DNA of 63,866 nt, counting the filler. It is 5 parts of 5 records of this genome, joined end to end, with 100 filler letters (N's around TTAATTAATTAA, not from the genome) between each part and the next. Parts side by side here need not be neighbours in the genome. Positions count along the whole stretch, not along the records: positions 44,602 to 58,709 come from SRR31156797_1338; positions 58,810 to 63,866 come from SRR31156797_1472; 3 more parts are not named here. One strand, given 5' to 3'. A program made the translations under genes and the position numbers. Below are positions 51,043 to 61,524 of the stretch, in pieces (position 1 is the first letter of the stretch; each line of letters begins with the position of its first letter). Under the pieces are notes generated by a model. That model made no database searches and was not told the origin of the DNA. It was given only the letters and a program-made list of their open reading frames with translations.

Positions 51043-51624
51043 TTAATTACGCTCTGCCAAAGCTAGCTCACGCATTTTATTCAGCCATTTCTGACGATAG
51101 CTATCACTTGAGTTTTTGATCGGACCTATATAAGTTACCTTTACGGGACTAACTCCACAATACTGCAAAACGCCTTTCTTCATCTGCTGAACCAACGGCC
51201 GTTTCATATATAGGTAATTGTACCATCCCGGGCTATCTCCGGTTATCACTATCCTTGCTGATTTTCCCTTTAGTAATTTCCTGGGCAAAGGCTTGCCTTC
51301 TATGGGTTGATAAGTAATTCCGGGTAAAAAAGTACGGTCGATAAAACCTTTCAATTGCGCTGGAATACCTGACCACCACATAGGCATGAACCACACCAGG
51401 AGATCTGCTTTTTTTATCTTTTCGATGGCCTCCAATAAATCAGGTTCCAGATTCATTCGCTTGCGATACCCAAACTCCAGCGAAGGATTAAATTCTAAAT
51501 CCCGAATATGAATTATTTCTGCATTGTTTACTTCATCAATCAGCGCCGAATGATAGGCATCGGCTAAAGCCTGATTATAACTCTGTGTGTCCGGATGTCC
51601 GTTAATGATTAAAATGTTCTTCAT
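51043..51624 (-). CDS. NAD(P)H-dependent flavodoxin-like oxidoreductase
   Basis: ILIINGHP, PMWWSGIPAQLKGFIDR, LLKGKSARI. Confidence 0.88.
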   Translation of the reverse strand: MKNILIINGHPDTQSYNQALADAYHSALIDEVNNAEIIHIRDLEFNPSLEFGYRKRMNLEPDLLEAIEKIKKADLLVWFMPMWWSGIPAQLKGFIDRTFLPGITYQPIEGKPLPRKLLKGKSARIVITGDSPGWYNYLYMKRPLVQQMKKGVLQYCGVSPVKVTYIGPIKNSSDSYRQKWLNKMRELALAERN

Positions 51625-51793
51625 GTGTTTTAGTTTTACTCGTAATTGCCACATGGAACTCGCCTAAGTATTTATTGACTTACGTCGATCGTAGATTCTT
51701 GTGAGTGAGAATAACTTCATGATGGCTCATTTCATGGCAAATGGTTTTATTACAAATAAAGCAAGCCATCACCATTTTTTACAGGACATTTGT

Positions 51794-52357
51794 CTAAAAA
51801 ACAATTTGTTTACGAATACGGCTTAAATGGCGCTGGCTTACTCCCAAATAAGAAGCCAGGTACTGCAAGGGCACCTGGTGAATATACTCCGGATTGTTTT
51901 TAAGCATTTCTTTATATCGCGTTAAGGCGCTTTCCTTTTGCAACTGAAAAACTCTTTTTTCCATATTCACATATTGCATCTCGGCAATCATCTTTAAATA
52001 CCGCAACCAATTGATATCCTCGTTGGCTATTTGCTCAATATAATCGCGACTAAAAACCAGGAGTTTTACATCAGTAATGGCTTCAATATTTTCCATGGTG
52101 GCCTTCTGGGTAATATACGATGAGTACCCGGTAGCCCAATCGCCCGGAAAAGTAAAACAATAAGTCACTTCCTCCTCTTCGGATGAATAATAAAAAGAAC
52201 GCAACAAACCCGATTCTATAAAAGCAACTTTAGCCACTATCTCCCCTTCGCGAATAAAGGATTGCCCCTTGGGTAAATTCATTTCCCTTCCATGAGCTAT
52301 AAAATCATTGATTTGTTCTTCTGTAAACAAGCTGGTAGAAGCAAGCATCTTTTTCAT
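51794..52357 (-). CDS. Crp/Fnr-family cNMP-binding regulator
   Basis: FIESGLLRSFY; VPLQYLASYLGVSQRHLSRIRK. Confidence 0.9.
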   Translation of the reverse strand: MKKMLASTSLFTEEQINDFIAHGREMNLPKGQSFIREGEIVAKVAFIESGLLRSFYYSSEEEEVTYCFTFPGDWATGYSSYITQKATMENIEAITDVKLLVFSRDYIEQIANEDINWLRYLKMIAEMQYVNMEKRVFQLQKESALTRYKEMLKNNPEYIHQVPLQYLASYLGVSQRHLSRIRKQIVF

Positions 52358-52376
52358 TGGAAAGCAATTAATTGAT

Positions 52377-52623
52377 AATCATAGATGATTTAAAACTAAC
52401 ATTAATATTTAAATAGTGAATCAGAGAGGTAAATAAAAGAATCACTAAGATTTAATTTATAATCATACCATAATTTTAAAAATCATAGATAGTTTTATTT
52501 AAATCATAGATGTTTTTTTCATTTTATTTTAAGATTGATTATTATTTTTCTTTGATTGACTAAATAATTACATCAATGATTCATCATTATATATAGCTGA
52601 TTTTTATTCATTTAATTATGATT
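52377..52623. repeat. 21-bp-phased AATCA(TAGAT) array with dyad symmetry centred on 52521
   Basis: AATCA at 52377, 52419, 52440, 52461, 52481, 52502; TGATT/TGACT at 52536, 52557, 52577, 52598, 52619. Confidence 0.7.
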
Positions 52624-52763
52624 TCTATTTTTTATTACTTATCTTAATTAAAGATAGAATGATGTAGAAAAAAGACAGTGTACAAGCAAAATTGAACCAA
52701 CTCAAGCATCATTTATATTCCTTTTTTATTTCATCTTTATTATCATCACTAAACCTAATAAGC

Positions 52764-53417
52764 ATGAACACACAAAGACTAAGTATTACAAAAATTCTGT
52801 ATCTAAGCGATATTTGTATTAGAAATTCTATCGCATCTACTACTATTTATGAGGCGGTTTCGCAATTAGGATACGATAAGCAGGAACTGGAAACCGGACG
52901 TGCCATGCACAATGAACTGACTCATTTGGTTGAGCATTTCGATAGATCCCACAGCGATTTGAAGCAAGCCTATTATAACAGAATTCAAGCGCAAAAACAG
53001 GTTGCTTTGCTATACAAAAGGCATTTAAGTATTGCCCGAATTGCCTTTAGAGAGGATAGTGCAGCCACCATCGCTTTAGATTTAAAAGGCGTAAGAGCCA
53101 CCCAGTTAAGTAGGTGGATAAACCAATGTCGGAGTTTTTATACTTTTTTGCTGAACAATGAAAACTGGCTCACACAGCTGGAAAGATATAATATTAAAAC
53201 CGCCGACCTACAAAACAGCCTTGAATTGGTGAATAAAGTAGAAAAACTGGAAGAAAAGGTTCGATACAACAGGGGAATTTCTAAAGATTCTACCGTCAAA
53301 CGAAATCAAAAAGCACAGGAATTAGGTCAGTGGGTAAACGATTACCTGAGCATTGCCCGAATAGCGCTGAGCGAATCGCCACAAATGCTCGAAGCGTTAG
53401 GTGTGGTAAAAAATTAG
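52764..53417 (+). CDS. Hypothetical all-helical protein with internal duplication
   Basis: HLSIARIAFRE and YLSIARIALSE repeats; ATG at 52764 preferred over TTG at 52692. Confidence 0.7.
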   Translation: MNTQRLSITKILYLSDICIRNSIASTTIYEAVSQLGYDKQELETGRAMHNELTHLVEHFDRSHSDLKQAYYNRIQAQKQVALLYKRHLSIARIAFREDSAATIALDLKGVRATQLSRWINQCRSFYTFLLNNENWLTQLERYNIKTADLQNSLELVNKVEKLEEKVRYNRGISKDSTVKRNQKAQELGQWVNDYLSIARIALSESPQMLEALGVVKN

Positions 53418-53421
53418 ATGG

Positions 53422-54360
53422 CTACAGAGATATTAAAGTATTGTATACTTGATTAATGACCTGACTCATTCTTTGTATATCCAATGTTTCTAATACATCT
53501 CCGGCTTTGTGGTAATTCGGATTTCTATAAAAAGCCGTATTGGTTACCATTAAAGCGTCGTATCCATATTTCCAATAATTCTGATGATCGGAAAAATCAA
53601 TGCCCGGTAATTTGGCCGGAGCTTTAATCGATTTGGTTCTAATTAAATGCTGTTTTTTCATCGAATGTTTAAACTTTCTCCCAAATCTACCATTTCCAAA
53701 CTTTTGCACAATTGTTATATAATCACCCTTACTCCCATAAAACCATTTTAGAAAACCAATAGGATATTTCTGCGTTTTTTTTGCAGAATCAAAGTATCCA
53801 ATCATGTCAAAGCATAACATTCCCAGCACTTCTTCCTTCTTCTTGTGTATAGATTTGGCATGAATATAACTTCCCATATACTCAGTTCTGAAAAAAGGAG
53901 GTTCTTCCAAAGAAAAGGCAACCAGTTCGACCGGATGATTCAACTCTGTGCTTTTTAGATTCCGGGCAAGCTCCAGCAATCCCACAACGCCACTGGCATT
54001 ATCATCAGCACCTTGTTGGTTTCCGGCCACATCGTAATGCGCACCTACAATTATTTTGCTCTCTGGTATAGATCGACCAATAATACCTACTACATTTTTA
54101 TATTGATTACCATACGCTTCATACTTTTGATAGTAAACGGTATCACAATATTGATCGAATACATCATAAATGTAATCTGCCACCTGATTTAAACTTTCAA
54201 TATTTTTATAGTTTCGATATTCTGGTGTGTGTGTTATCTGAAATAAGTCTTCTTTAATTCTTGCTGTATCAGTTATTACCTCGAGATTATTTAAATATTG
54301 GCTTAATACGAATGATTCACAAATAAGGAATAAAAAGGGAAGTACTAATAATCTTCTCAT
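53422..54360 (-). CDS. M28 family metallopeptidase
   Basis: VGAHYD, GADDNASG, FSLEEPP, SDH, YHKAGD. Confidence 0.9.
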   Translation of the reverse strand: MRRLLVLPFLFLICESFVLSQYLNNLEVITDTARIKEDLFQITHTPEYRNYKNIESLNQVADYIYDVFDQYCDTVYYQKYEAYGNQYKNVVGIIGRSIPESKIIVGAHYDVAGNQQGADDNASGVVGLLELARNLKSTELNHPVELVAFSLEEPPFFRTEYMGSYIHAKSIHKKKEEVLGMLCFDMIGYFDSAKKTQKYPIGFLKWFYGSKGDYITIVQKFGNGRFGRKFKHSMKKQHLIRTKSIKAPAKLPGIDFSDHQNYWKYGYDALMVTNTAFYRNPNYHKAGDVLETLDIQRMSQVINQVYNTLISL

Positions 54361-54475
54361 AGCGTTTTTATTTAGCTATAAAAATAAAAATTATATACTA
54401 TGAATGCGATCTGTACTAAGACATTCTTCTTATTTGTAAATAACATTGAACCTTTCAGCTTATTCATCTCTTATA

Positions 54476-55174
54476 ATGAAAAAAAGCATGCAAACTTTCG
54501 TTTTTACACCTTCCATTAATCTGAGCAAAAGCATTGATTTTTACCAGAGACTCAAGTATACCAAAGTATCTGATCAACCCGTTTTATTTACAGATGGTCG
54601 CTTATTCGTTGAAATAAGTGACGATAAATTTAGCCGTCACGGTATTAAAATAAGAAAGGAAAGCTGGCAGGACGAAATACAAGATTTAAAACAGGATTAC
54701 GAGGTATTTGAAATCCCCAATGGCTATTTGTTAAGGGATAACAATAACATATGGACTTATCTAATTGAAGGTAAAGATGTAGATTTACCTGTTATAGAAA
54801 ACCAACAACCAGGGCATTGTGGCACTTTTATGGGCATCTGCGTTGAAACAACTTCTTTTGAAGCCTCGATAGATTTTTGGCAGAGACTGGGTTTTGTAAA
54901 AGTATGTGGAGAAATAGATCAAGGTTGGATTGTATTGGCTAATGCCGATGGTTTTGCCATTAGCTTTATGCTTCCTTTATCGAGTCCCCACTCCTTTACC
55001 AATCCTTCCATGACATTTTTTAATAGCGGTAAGAACGAAGAAAACATACAGAAGATTAAAGAGGCTGGCATAGCCATCAAAGAAGAAATAACTGCTTTTA
55101 GCTCAGAAGGAATAGTTGATAATATCATTATTCAGGATCCCGGAGGTTATGGGATGTTTGTTTTCAATGATTAG
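54476..55174 (+). CDS. Tandem VOC/glyoxalase-like protein
   Basis: Duplicated SIDFYQRL / SIDFWQRLGF; QDPGG. Confidence 0.7.
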   Translation: MKKSMQTFVFTPSINLSKSIDFYQRLKYTKVSDQPVLFTDGRLFVEISDDKFSRHGIKIRKESWQDEIQDLKQDYEVFEIPNGYLLRDNNNIWTYLIEGKDVDLPVIENQQPGHCGTFMGICVETTSFEASIDFWQRLGFVKVCGEIDQGWIVLANADGFAISFMLPLSSPHSFTNPSMTFFNSGKNEENIQKIKEAGIAIKEEITAFSSEGIVDNIIIQDPGGYGMFVFND

Positions 55175-55225
55175 AAAAGACAATAAAAAAAGCCGCTCAA
55201 AAAGCGGCTTTCCTATCATATATCC

Positions 55226-55597
55226 TTAGAAAGGTAAATCTTCATTATCTCCAGCAGGTGGTACTTCAGCTTCGGTAAACGGAGGAGGTGTACCCGGATC
55301 AGCAGATGCTTGAACTTTCTCTAATCTCCAGGCTTCCAGGTTTGAAAAATAATTTACTTTTCCATCCTTTTCCCATTTACGCCCACGAATATTGAAAGAA
55401 ACTTTAACCGGCTCTCCCAAATTAAATGGATCTAGTTGGGCACAACGATCTTGTGTTAACTGAAACTTGATATAATCGTTCCAATCAGAGTTTCGCTCGT
55501 TGATTACTTCTACTACAAATTCTCTCTTTTTAAAAGATGCGCTAATCGATTGCTCGTCATCTTTTACTATTAGGTTTCCTGTTAATTCAAAATTCAT
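55226..55597 (-). CDS. DUF3127 OB-fold protein with SSB-like acidic tail
   Basis: FKKREFVV, VSFNIRGRKW, YFSNLEAWR, C-terminal EDLPF. Confidence 0.85.
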   Translation of the reverse strand: MNFELTGNLIVKDDEQSISASFKKREFVVEVINERNSDWNDYIKFQLTQDRCAQLDPFNLGEPVKVSFNIRGRKWEKDGKVNYFSNLEAWRLEKVQASADPGTPPPFTEAEVPPAGDNEDLPF

Positions 55598-55616
55598 CTA
55601 TCCTGCTTGTAAATTG

Positions 55617-56075
55617 TTATTCTTCAATAATTTTAATTGTCTCAATTCCATCTCCTGCCTGAATATCGTCTACGATATCTAAACCTTCGTATACAATTCC
55701 AAAGCAAGTATGGTTACCATCCAGGTGAGCTGTATTTGTACGGCTATGACAAATAAAAAACTGAGAACCACCTGTATTTCTTCCGGCATGCGCCATAGAA
55801 AGTACACCTCTTTCGTGATATTGCTTATCAGCATCTGTTTCGCAATCGATGCTATAACCAGGACCACCCGTTCCCACTCTTGGGTTACTCATATCTTTAG
55901 AATGCGGGCATCCTCCTTGAATTACAAAATCAGGGATTACACGGTGAAAAGCCAGGCCATCGTAAAAACCTTCTTTGGCTAGTTTAACAAAGTTTTCAAC
56001 GGTTTTAGGTGTTTCTTTATCGTATAGTTCCACCTTCATTACCCCTTTAACGGTGTGTATTTCTGCTTTAATCAT
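55617..56075 (-). CDS. Cyclophilin-type peptidyl-prolyl isomerase
   Basis: [33 protein letters not shown]. Confidence 0.95.
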   Translation of the reverse strand: MIKAEIHTVKGVMKVELYDKETPKTVENFVKLAKEGFYDGLAFHRVIPDFVIQGGCPHSKDMSNPRVGTGGPGYSIDCETDADKQYHERGVLSMAHAGRNTGGSQFFICHSRTNTAHLDGNHTCFGIVYEGLDIVDDIQAGDGIETIKIIEE

Positions 56076-56269
56076 TTCTCTTTACTTTAATTTTCAGAAC
56101 AGCAAAGGTACAATATAAAGTATCTAAATCAAATTTGATTTTTGGTGAATACCACACATTTTTAGATCAAAAAAAAATTGACTTTGGCTTATGATAAACA
56201 TACCTCTAGACATAAAAAAAGGGCACCGCATCCGGCACCCTTTCTCTGATAATATATCTATATCGAAAA

Positions 56270-57088
56270 TTACTTCTTAGTTACGATATCTAATAATTCA
56301 ACCTCGAATACTAAAGTTTGCATTGGGCCGATTTTACCGCCACCGCCACCGCGCATTCCATAAGCTAAATCACCTGGGATATACAATTTGTACTTAGAAC
56401 CCACAGACATTAACTGTAAAGCTTCAGTCCAACCTTTAATAACCTGAGTTACTCCAAAAGTAGCAGGTGTACCTTTATCAACAGAGCTATCAAACACAGT
56501 TCCGTCTAATAAAGTACCATGATAATGAACTTCAACTCTATCAGCAACAGTTGGCTTAGCACCTTTACCTTTTTTTATTACTTCGTATTGTAAACCGCTT
56601 TCTGTAGTTACAACACCATCTTTTTTACCATTAGCAGCTAAAAACTCCTCACCTGCTTTTTTGTTTTCAAAAGCTGGCATTCCTGGTTGCATATTCTTAC
56701 GCTCTTGTGCAGCTTGATAAGCTGTTTGAAGGTAAGTGTTAGCCGATTGCTGAGTAAAAGTAGCTTCTTTGTCATCAACTAAAGTATTGATGAATCCCAC
56801 TTTCATAATATCGAAGTTAATGCTATCAAAACTCTGGCTTAAACCATTTTTCATTTGATCATTAAATTCAGCATTTACATATGCCGCAGCCAAAGCTTTT
56901 GTATCAATAGAATCGAAAGGTCCTTTAAATTGCTGTGACATACCTGCCGCATTTAAGTAACCTAAAGCATAACTAATACTATCTGTTTCGTTCTTCAATT
57001 CTACTTTCTGAACGGATGGAGTCTGAGTACAAGAAACAGCCATAATAGCTACTGTACCTAGTCCTAAAATTAGATTTTTAATTTGCAT
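56270..57088 (-). CDS. FKBP-type PPIase lipoprotein (FkpA/Mip-like)
   Basis: Lipobox [27 protein letters not shown]. Confidence 0.93.
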   Translation of the reverse strand: MQIKNLILGLGTVAIMAVSCTQTPSVQKVELKNETDSISYALGYLNAAGMSQQFKGPFDSIDTKALAAAYVNAEFNDQMKNGLSQSFDSINFDIMKVGFINTLVDDKEATFTQQSANTYLQTAYQAAQERKNMQPGMPAFENKKAGEEFLAANGKKDGVVTTESGLQYEVIKKGKGAKPTVADRVEVHYHGTLLDGTVFDSSVDKGTPATFGVTQVIKGWTEALQLMSVGSKYKLYIPGDLAYGMRGGGGGKIGPMQTLVFEVELLDIVTKK

Positions 57089-57105
57089 TTTTTTATAGTG
57101 ATTGA

Positions 57106-57690
57106 TTAAACAATATCCAACAATTCAACTTCGAAGATAAGGGTTGTGTGAGGACCGATTTGTTGTCCGGCACCTTGCTCACCATACGCTAATTCTGAAG
57201 GCACGTAAAGTTTCCATTTAGAACCAACAGGCATTAACTGAAGTGCTTCAACCCATCCGGCAATAACACCATTTACTGGGAAAGTAGCAGGCTCGCCTCT
57301 TTGTACAGAACTATCGAAAACAGTTCCGTCCATTAAAGTACCATGGTAGTGACATTTTACATTGTCAGTAGCAGCAGGTTTGCTTCCGCTTCCTTCAGCG
57401 ATTACTTCGTACTGCAATCCGCTTTCCAAAGAAACAACACCTTCTTTTTTAGCATTTTCAGCTAAAAACTCTTGTCCTGCTTTTATATTAGCTTCAAATT
57501 GTTTGCTTTGTAATTCTGAGAAAAACTGGTTAATAATCTGGTTGGCTTCTTCTGTTGTAACTTCCAACTCTGCTCCTTCTAAAAAGTGCTTTACACCTCT
57601 TGAAAATGCGTCCTGATCCAACTCTGCAACACCTGATTTTTGAAGATTACCAGCGATGCTTAACCCTAAAGAATAACTTAATTTTTCCAT
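57106..57690 (-). CDS. FKBP-type PPIase (FklB-like)
   Basis: [31 protein letters not shown]. Confidence 0.93.
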   Translation of the reverse strand: MEKLSYSLGLSIAGNLQKSGVAELDQDAFSRGVKHFLEGAELEVTTEEANQIINQFFSELQSKQFEANIKAGQEFLAENAKKEGVVSLESGLQYEVIAEGSGSKPAATDNVKCHYHGTLMDGTVFDSSVQRGEPATFPVNGVIAGWVEALQLMPVGSKWKLYVPSELAYGEQGAGQQIGPHTTLIFEVELLDIV

Positions 57691-57929
57691 TTATTTATTG
57701 TCGAGATTTATAACGACGGCGAATATAGGCTTTTAGATGATGGAAACCAAACCACATATTTTACTTTAACTCGGCTTTAACTATTGACAGTTTTCAGGGA
57801 ACAGGTTGCCGTTTGCAGTTAACAGTGGGCAGTTAGCAGTAGGCTATTTAGACTGAAGACTGTAAACTAAGGAAGCAGTAAGCATGATAACAGAGGTTAA
57901 TGAACACACCAATGACCAATAGCCAATGA

Positions 57930-58598
57930 CTACATTTCTATTTTTGTTGCTCTAAGCATTTCTCTTTTTCCTGGAGGTCCGGGTAAGCGCTCTACTTTAA
58001 ATCCGACTTCCTGCATCGTTCTGCGCACTACTCCTTTGGCACAATAAGTGGTTAATACTCCTCCTGAAAGTAAAGCTTCGAAGCACTTTTGAAATATTTC
58101 CTTACTCCATAAGTTGGGTTGTACATCAGGAGCAAAAGCATCAAAATAAATCAGGTTATATTTTTGTTCCAATGCTACTTCCTTAAAATCGCATAGTTGT
58201 TTTTTTAATAAAAAGTTAATATCTATTTGCACTTCTTTTTCCCAATCAGCAGCATGTAAGTCCTGAAATAGCTTTTGATACTTTCCTTCGAATAAATGCT
58301 GATAATTTAACTGAAGTGCCAACTCTTCTTTTACCGGATATTTTTCCAGCGAATGATAAAAGATGTTCTTAACACCTTTTTTAATGGCAGTTAAAAAAGC
58401 ATTTAAACCTGTTCCAAAACCAAATTCCAGAATATTTACATCACCTCTAAACTGATTTAAACCGGCATTCATAAAAACATGCATCGCTTCGTTATAAGCT
58501 CCGTTTACGGAATGATAATGTTCATCCAGCTCTTTTACAAATAAGGTATGCGATCCATCATCGGATACTTTTAACTCCACTTTATCTTCAATACTCAT
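57930..58598 (-). CDS. mnmD: tRNA mnm5s2U34 methyltransferase (MnmD/MnmC N-terminal-like)
   Basis: DGSHTL...EHYHS, ILEFGFGTGLN, YFDAFAP, LPGPPGKREM. Confidence 0.88.
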   Translation of the reverse strand: MSIEDKVELKVSDDGSHTLFVKELDEHYHSVNGAYNEAMHVFMNAGLNQFRGDVNILEFGFGTGLNAFLTAIKKGVKNIFYHSLEKYPVKEELALQLNYQHLFEGKYQKLFQDLHAADWEKEVQIDINFLLKKQLCDFKEVALEQKYNLIYFDAFAPDVQPNLWSKEIFQKCFEALLSGGVLTTYCAKGVVRRTMQEVGFKVERLPGPPGKREMLRATKIEM

Positions 58599-58709
58599 TG
58601 TATACTTTATTAAAAACATCAATCAATCGTTACTTATATAATATCTCAATCTTTTCAGGGATTTCATCCCTAAAACCCTGACTTCATTTTTTGGCTTAAT
58701 CCAAAAAAC

Positions 58710-58809
58710 NNNNNNNNNNNNNNNNNNNNNNNNNNNNNNNNNNNNNNNNNNNNTTAATTAATTAANNNNNNNNNNNNNNNNNNNNNNNNNNNNNNNNNNN
58801 NNNNNNNNN
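58710..58809. other. Artificial contig spacer
   Basis: N run + TTAATTAATTAA + N run. Confidence 0.98.
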
Positions 58810-60182
58810 AGGATGCGGACGCAGAAAATATCCAGATGGTTGGCAGGCTCATCCAGGATAATGAGGGCCGTCCCTTCGAGGAAGGCGGCGGCCAGGGCCA
58901 GCTTCTTCAGCTCTCCCGGACTGCAGGCCTTCTCGTCCATAAGCTGTCCCGGGTCTCCGCCCAGTCTGGAGAAATAGGCCATAAGCTCTCCCCTGTCGTC
59001 CCGCTCGTTCAGATCCCTGAGGAGGGCCGCTCTCTCTTCCGGGCTGAATTCCTGGGGGATCAGGGCCGTGGGAGTTCCGGAGCCCAGCCCTTTGTGAAGC
59101 AGGCTCAGGAGGGCTGTTTTTCCGCTGCCGTTCCTTCCCGAGAGAAGGATGCGCTCCCTGTTTCCTATCTTCAGTTCCGGCAGGGAGAGGACGAATCCCG
59201 GGAAGGGCTCGTAGTCTCCCGACTTCAGGCTGAACAGGACCTGTTTTCTCACAGACTCTTCCCTGATGGTCAGCCCGGTCTTCCTTATCCCGTCGGTGGA
59301 TATCTCCTCCAGCTTCCTCCGGGAGGCTTCTATTCTGTTTTTCTGAACGCTCACCTTCCGGGAACTCGCCTTGTCGGCCCCGCTGATCCGGGCCAGGTCT
59401 ATCATTGATTTGGCATCCCTGTCATGCCGGGACAGACCCTTTTTGGAGAGGGCCTTCGATGCCTTATCGGCATGCCCTTTGTAGTCGCGGAGGCTGCGGG
59501 TCTGCCGGCCTATCTCCCTGCTCAGCCGGCTCTTCTCATCCCTTAAAGCGGCCTCTTCTCCCTCGTATATCTCAAGGGCCCTGCCCAGGGGATGGGGATA
59601 GAAATGCCAGCGTCTCTGAAAGAGAAAGAGGGTGGAACCGCAGAGGGCGTTCATAATGTCCCTGCTGTGGCCGATGATGATGCCGATGCCATCGAATTCC
59701 CTGAGGGCCCGGACGATCAGATCCCTGCCGTGCAGGTCCAGATGGTTTTCCGGTTCATCCAGTATCAAAACCTCAGGGCGGGTCAGCAGGACGCAGGCCA
59801 GCTGGAGGCGGCGCTTCTCGCCCCAGCTGAGCTCGTCGCAGCGGTACGGCCAGTCTTCCCCGATCTCCAGCAGGGCCATCAGCTGCCTGTCCCGGTTGTC
59901 CGCATTGCTGTATAGCTCATACAGCTCCCCGTCCGAATGCTCGGGGATCTGTCCCATGTAGGAGACGGAAGGGGGACCGGTGATCTCTCCGCTGCATTCG
60001 CCGGGGAGGGGCGGGGAGGTGTTGCCGGACAGGGCGGCGCAGATTCGCCGTGCCAGAGTGGTCTTGCCGCAGCCGTTGGGACCGGATATGCCGGTCCAGC
60101 CGCGGTCGAAGCTTATGGTCAGGTCCCTTATGAGGGACTCGGTCAGGGTAAGTGAGAAATGATTAAGGCGTACTTGAGTCAC
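58810..60182 (-). CDS. ABC-F family ATPase (3' truncated)
   Basis: Two NBDs (GPNGCGKT/LSWGE/LDEPENHLD and GRNGSGKT/SPGE/LDEPANHLD), long helical linker, no TM segments; GTG start with GGAGG RBS. Confidence 0.85.
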
Positions 60183-60281
60183 GACGACCTCCAGAAATAT
60201 TTCCGGAGCGGGGAGGGGATCACGGAGTCAGAGAGGGCTCCTGAAGACGGTTCATACTGCCGCTTGCGGTCTGTCTCTGCT

Positions 60282-60296
60282 CTAGGATCTTCTCAT
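60282..60296 (-). promoter_or_regulatory. Leader uORF MRRS* of a putative translation attenuator
   Basis: AAGAGGTGGACG-ATGAGAAGATCCTAG on the minus strand; downstream hairpin CTCCGGAAA-TA-TTTCTGGAG covers the ABC-F RBS. Confidence 0.6.
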
Positions 60297-60323
60297 CGTC
60301 CACCTCTTGTTTAAGATGTGGTT

Positions 60324-60353
60324 ATTATCTGACTAAAGCTGATTCGCTGTCAA
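60324..60353 (-). promoter_or_regulatory. Sigma70 promoter for the leader and ABC-F gene
   Basis: TTGACA, 18-nt spacer, GATAAT on the minus strand. Confidence 0.6.
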
Positions 60354-60437
60354 GAACATACCCTAAGCTCAGGATTTTCTGTTAGGAATACTCCTTTTGA
60401 ATAGGATGACTGCGTTTTTTTTCGTTCTCAGCTTATT

Positions 60438-61367
60438 TCAGCCCATCAGGATGGCGCTCAGGATGATCAGGACTATGGAGACCACCGTGCTCAGGGAGAG
60501 GGTGTTGTTCACATAGTCCAGGTTCTCCCTGTCGTCCTGGCTCATATAGATGGAGACCACAAAGGGCGGAGGCAGGAGGAACATGGTGAGCAGGGCCATC
60601 TCGTGAATGCGGCTTAGCCCCATATAGCCTCTGATAAAGAAGCGGCCTATCAGCAGCCCCAGAATCAGGAGGAGGGTCTTGCGGACCAGAACGGTCTTCA
60701 GGGCCCTGGCGATCCCCTCCCTCTTGAGATTCAGCTCATAGCCTATCATCAAAGCGATCAGGGGAACCGTCAGCTGCCCGAGCAGGGTGATGAACTCTCC
60801 CAGCGCCCCGGTCAGTTCATTCCCCCTGACATGGGGCCTCAGGGCTCCCGCGATCAGTCCCGCGAAGATGGCCAGGATGACGGGGGACGCGGCGAAGGAG
60901 CGCAGCAGGCCGGTGACAGAGCTTTTCCCCTCCTTCTCATGGAGAAGCAGGGGGATGAGGACGAAGAATACGAAGAGCACCTGGCCCAGGTCCATGAGGG
61001 CGATCTTGGACAGATGCTCTGAGCCGTAGAGGGAGAGGAAGAGGGCGTAGCCCAGCATCCCCATCTCGAACCCGCCCATCATCAGAGACCAGTAGGGGGA
61101 GGATATCCTTAAGACGCGGGATGTCAGTCTCCCCGCGGCGATCATCAGGGCGCAGCAGAGAAAGACCAGCAAAAAGAGCAGAAGATAGCGGCTTTCCATC
61201 TTCAGGGAGAAGAAGGCCTGAAAGAGGAGGGCCGGCAGGGCCAGGTCGGAGACGATCTTCTTGACGTCGCGGCTGCTCCCCTCGCTCAGAAAATTCTTTT
61301 TCTTCAGAACATATCCCAGGACAAAGAACATCAGTACGGGCAGGACGCTGAAAAGGGTCGACAACAT
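60438..61367 (-). CDS. AEC (auxin efflux carrier-like) membrane transporter
   Basis: LPALLF, GMLGYAL, SPVILAI, VPLIALMIG; about ten TM segments; GAGGAG RBS. Confidence 0.8.
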   Translation of the reverse strand: MLSTLFSVLPVLMFFVLGYVLKKKNFLSEGSSRDVKKIVSDLALPALLFQAFFSLKMESRYLLLFLLVFLCCALMIAAGRLTSRVLRISSPYWSLMMGGFEMGMLGYALFLSLYGSEHLSKIALMDLGQVLFVFFVLIPLLLHEKEGKSSVTGLLRSFAASPVILAIFAGLIAGALRPHVRGNELTGALGEFITLLGQLTVPLIALMIGYELNLKREGIARALKTVLVRKTLLLILGLLIGRFFIRGYMGLSRIHEMALLTMFLLPPPFVVSIYMSQDDRENLDYVNNTLSLSTVVSIVLIILSAILMG

Positions 61368-61524
61368 GAAGGGCTCCTCTGTTTGATAGATCGGAATGGA
61401 TAGCAGGAATCAAAGTATAGATCAATCGGGGAGTGATGACAAACGCTTCGCTTTTCGGCCCCTTGAAAAAGCATTGCTCTGCCGCTCCGGCTTTGATAGA
61501 GTGATCGGAGAAGGAGAATCAATC

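Noticed and set aside
51660-51790. Possible structured RNA between the Crp and oxidoreductase genes (GATGGCT...AGCCATC)
   Set aside because: Only a short pairing with no recognisable RNA family features; not enough support.
52377-52623. Possible CRISPR array
   Set aside because: The conserved unit is only 5-10 nt with a 21-nt period and inverts halfway; no cas genes. Reported instead as a phased motif array.
55617-57690. Cluster of three peptidyl-prolyl isomerases
   Set aside because: Tandem FKBP genes and a nearby cyclophilin are ordinary housekeeping content in Bacteroidota.
19760-58809. Four identical TTAATTAATTAA motifs flanked by N runs
   Set aside because: Artificial six-frame-stop linkers joining contigs; not a biological repeat. 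The GC jump at 58810 is therefore not evidence of a genomic island.
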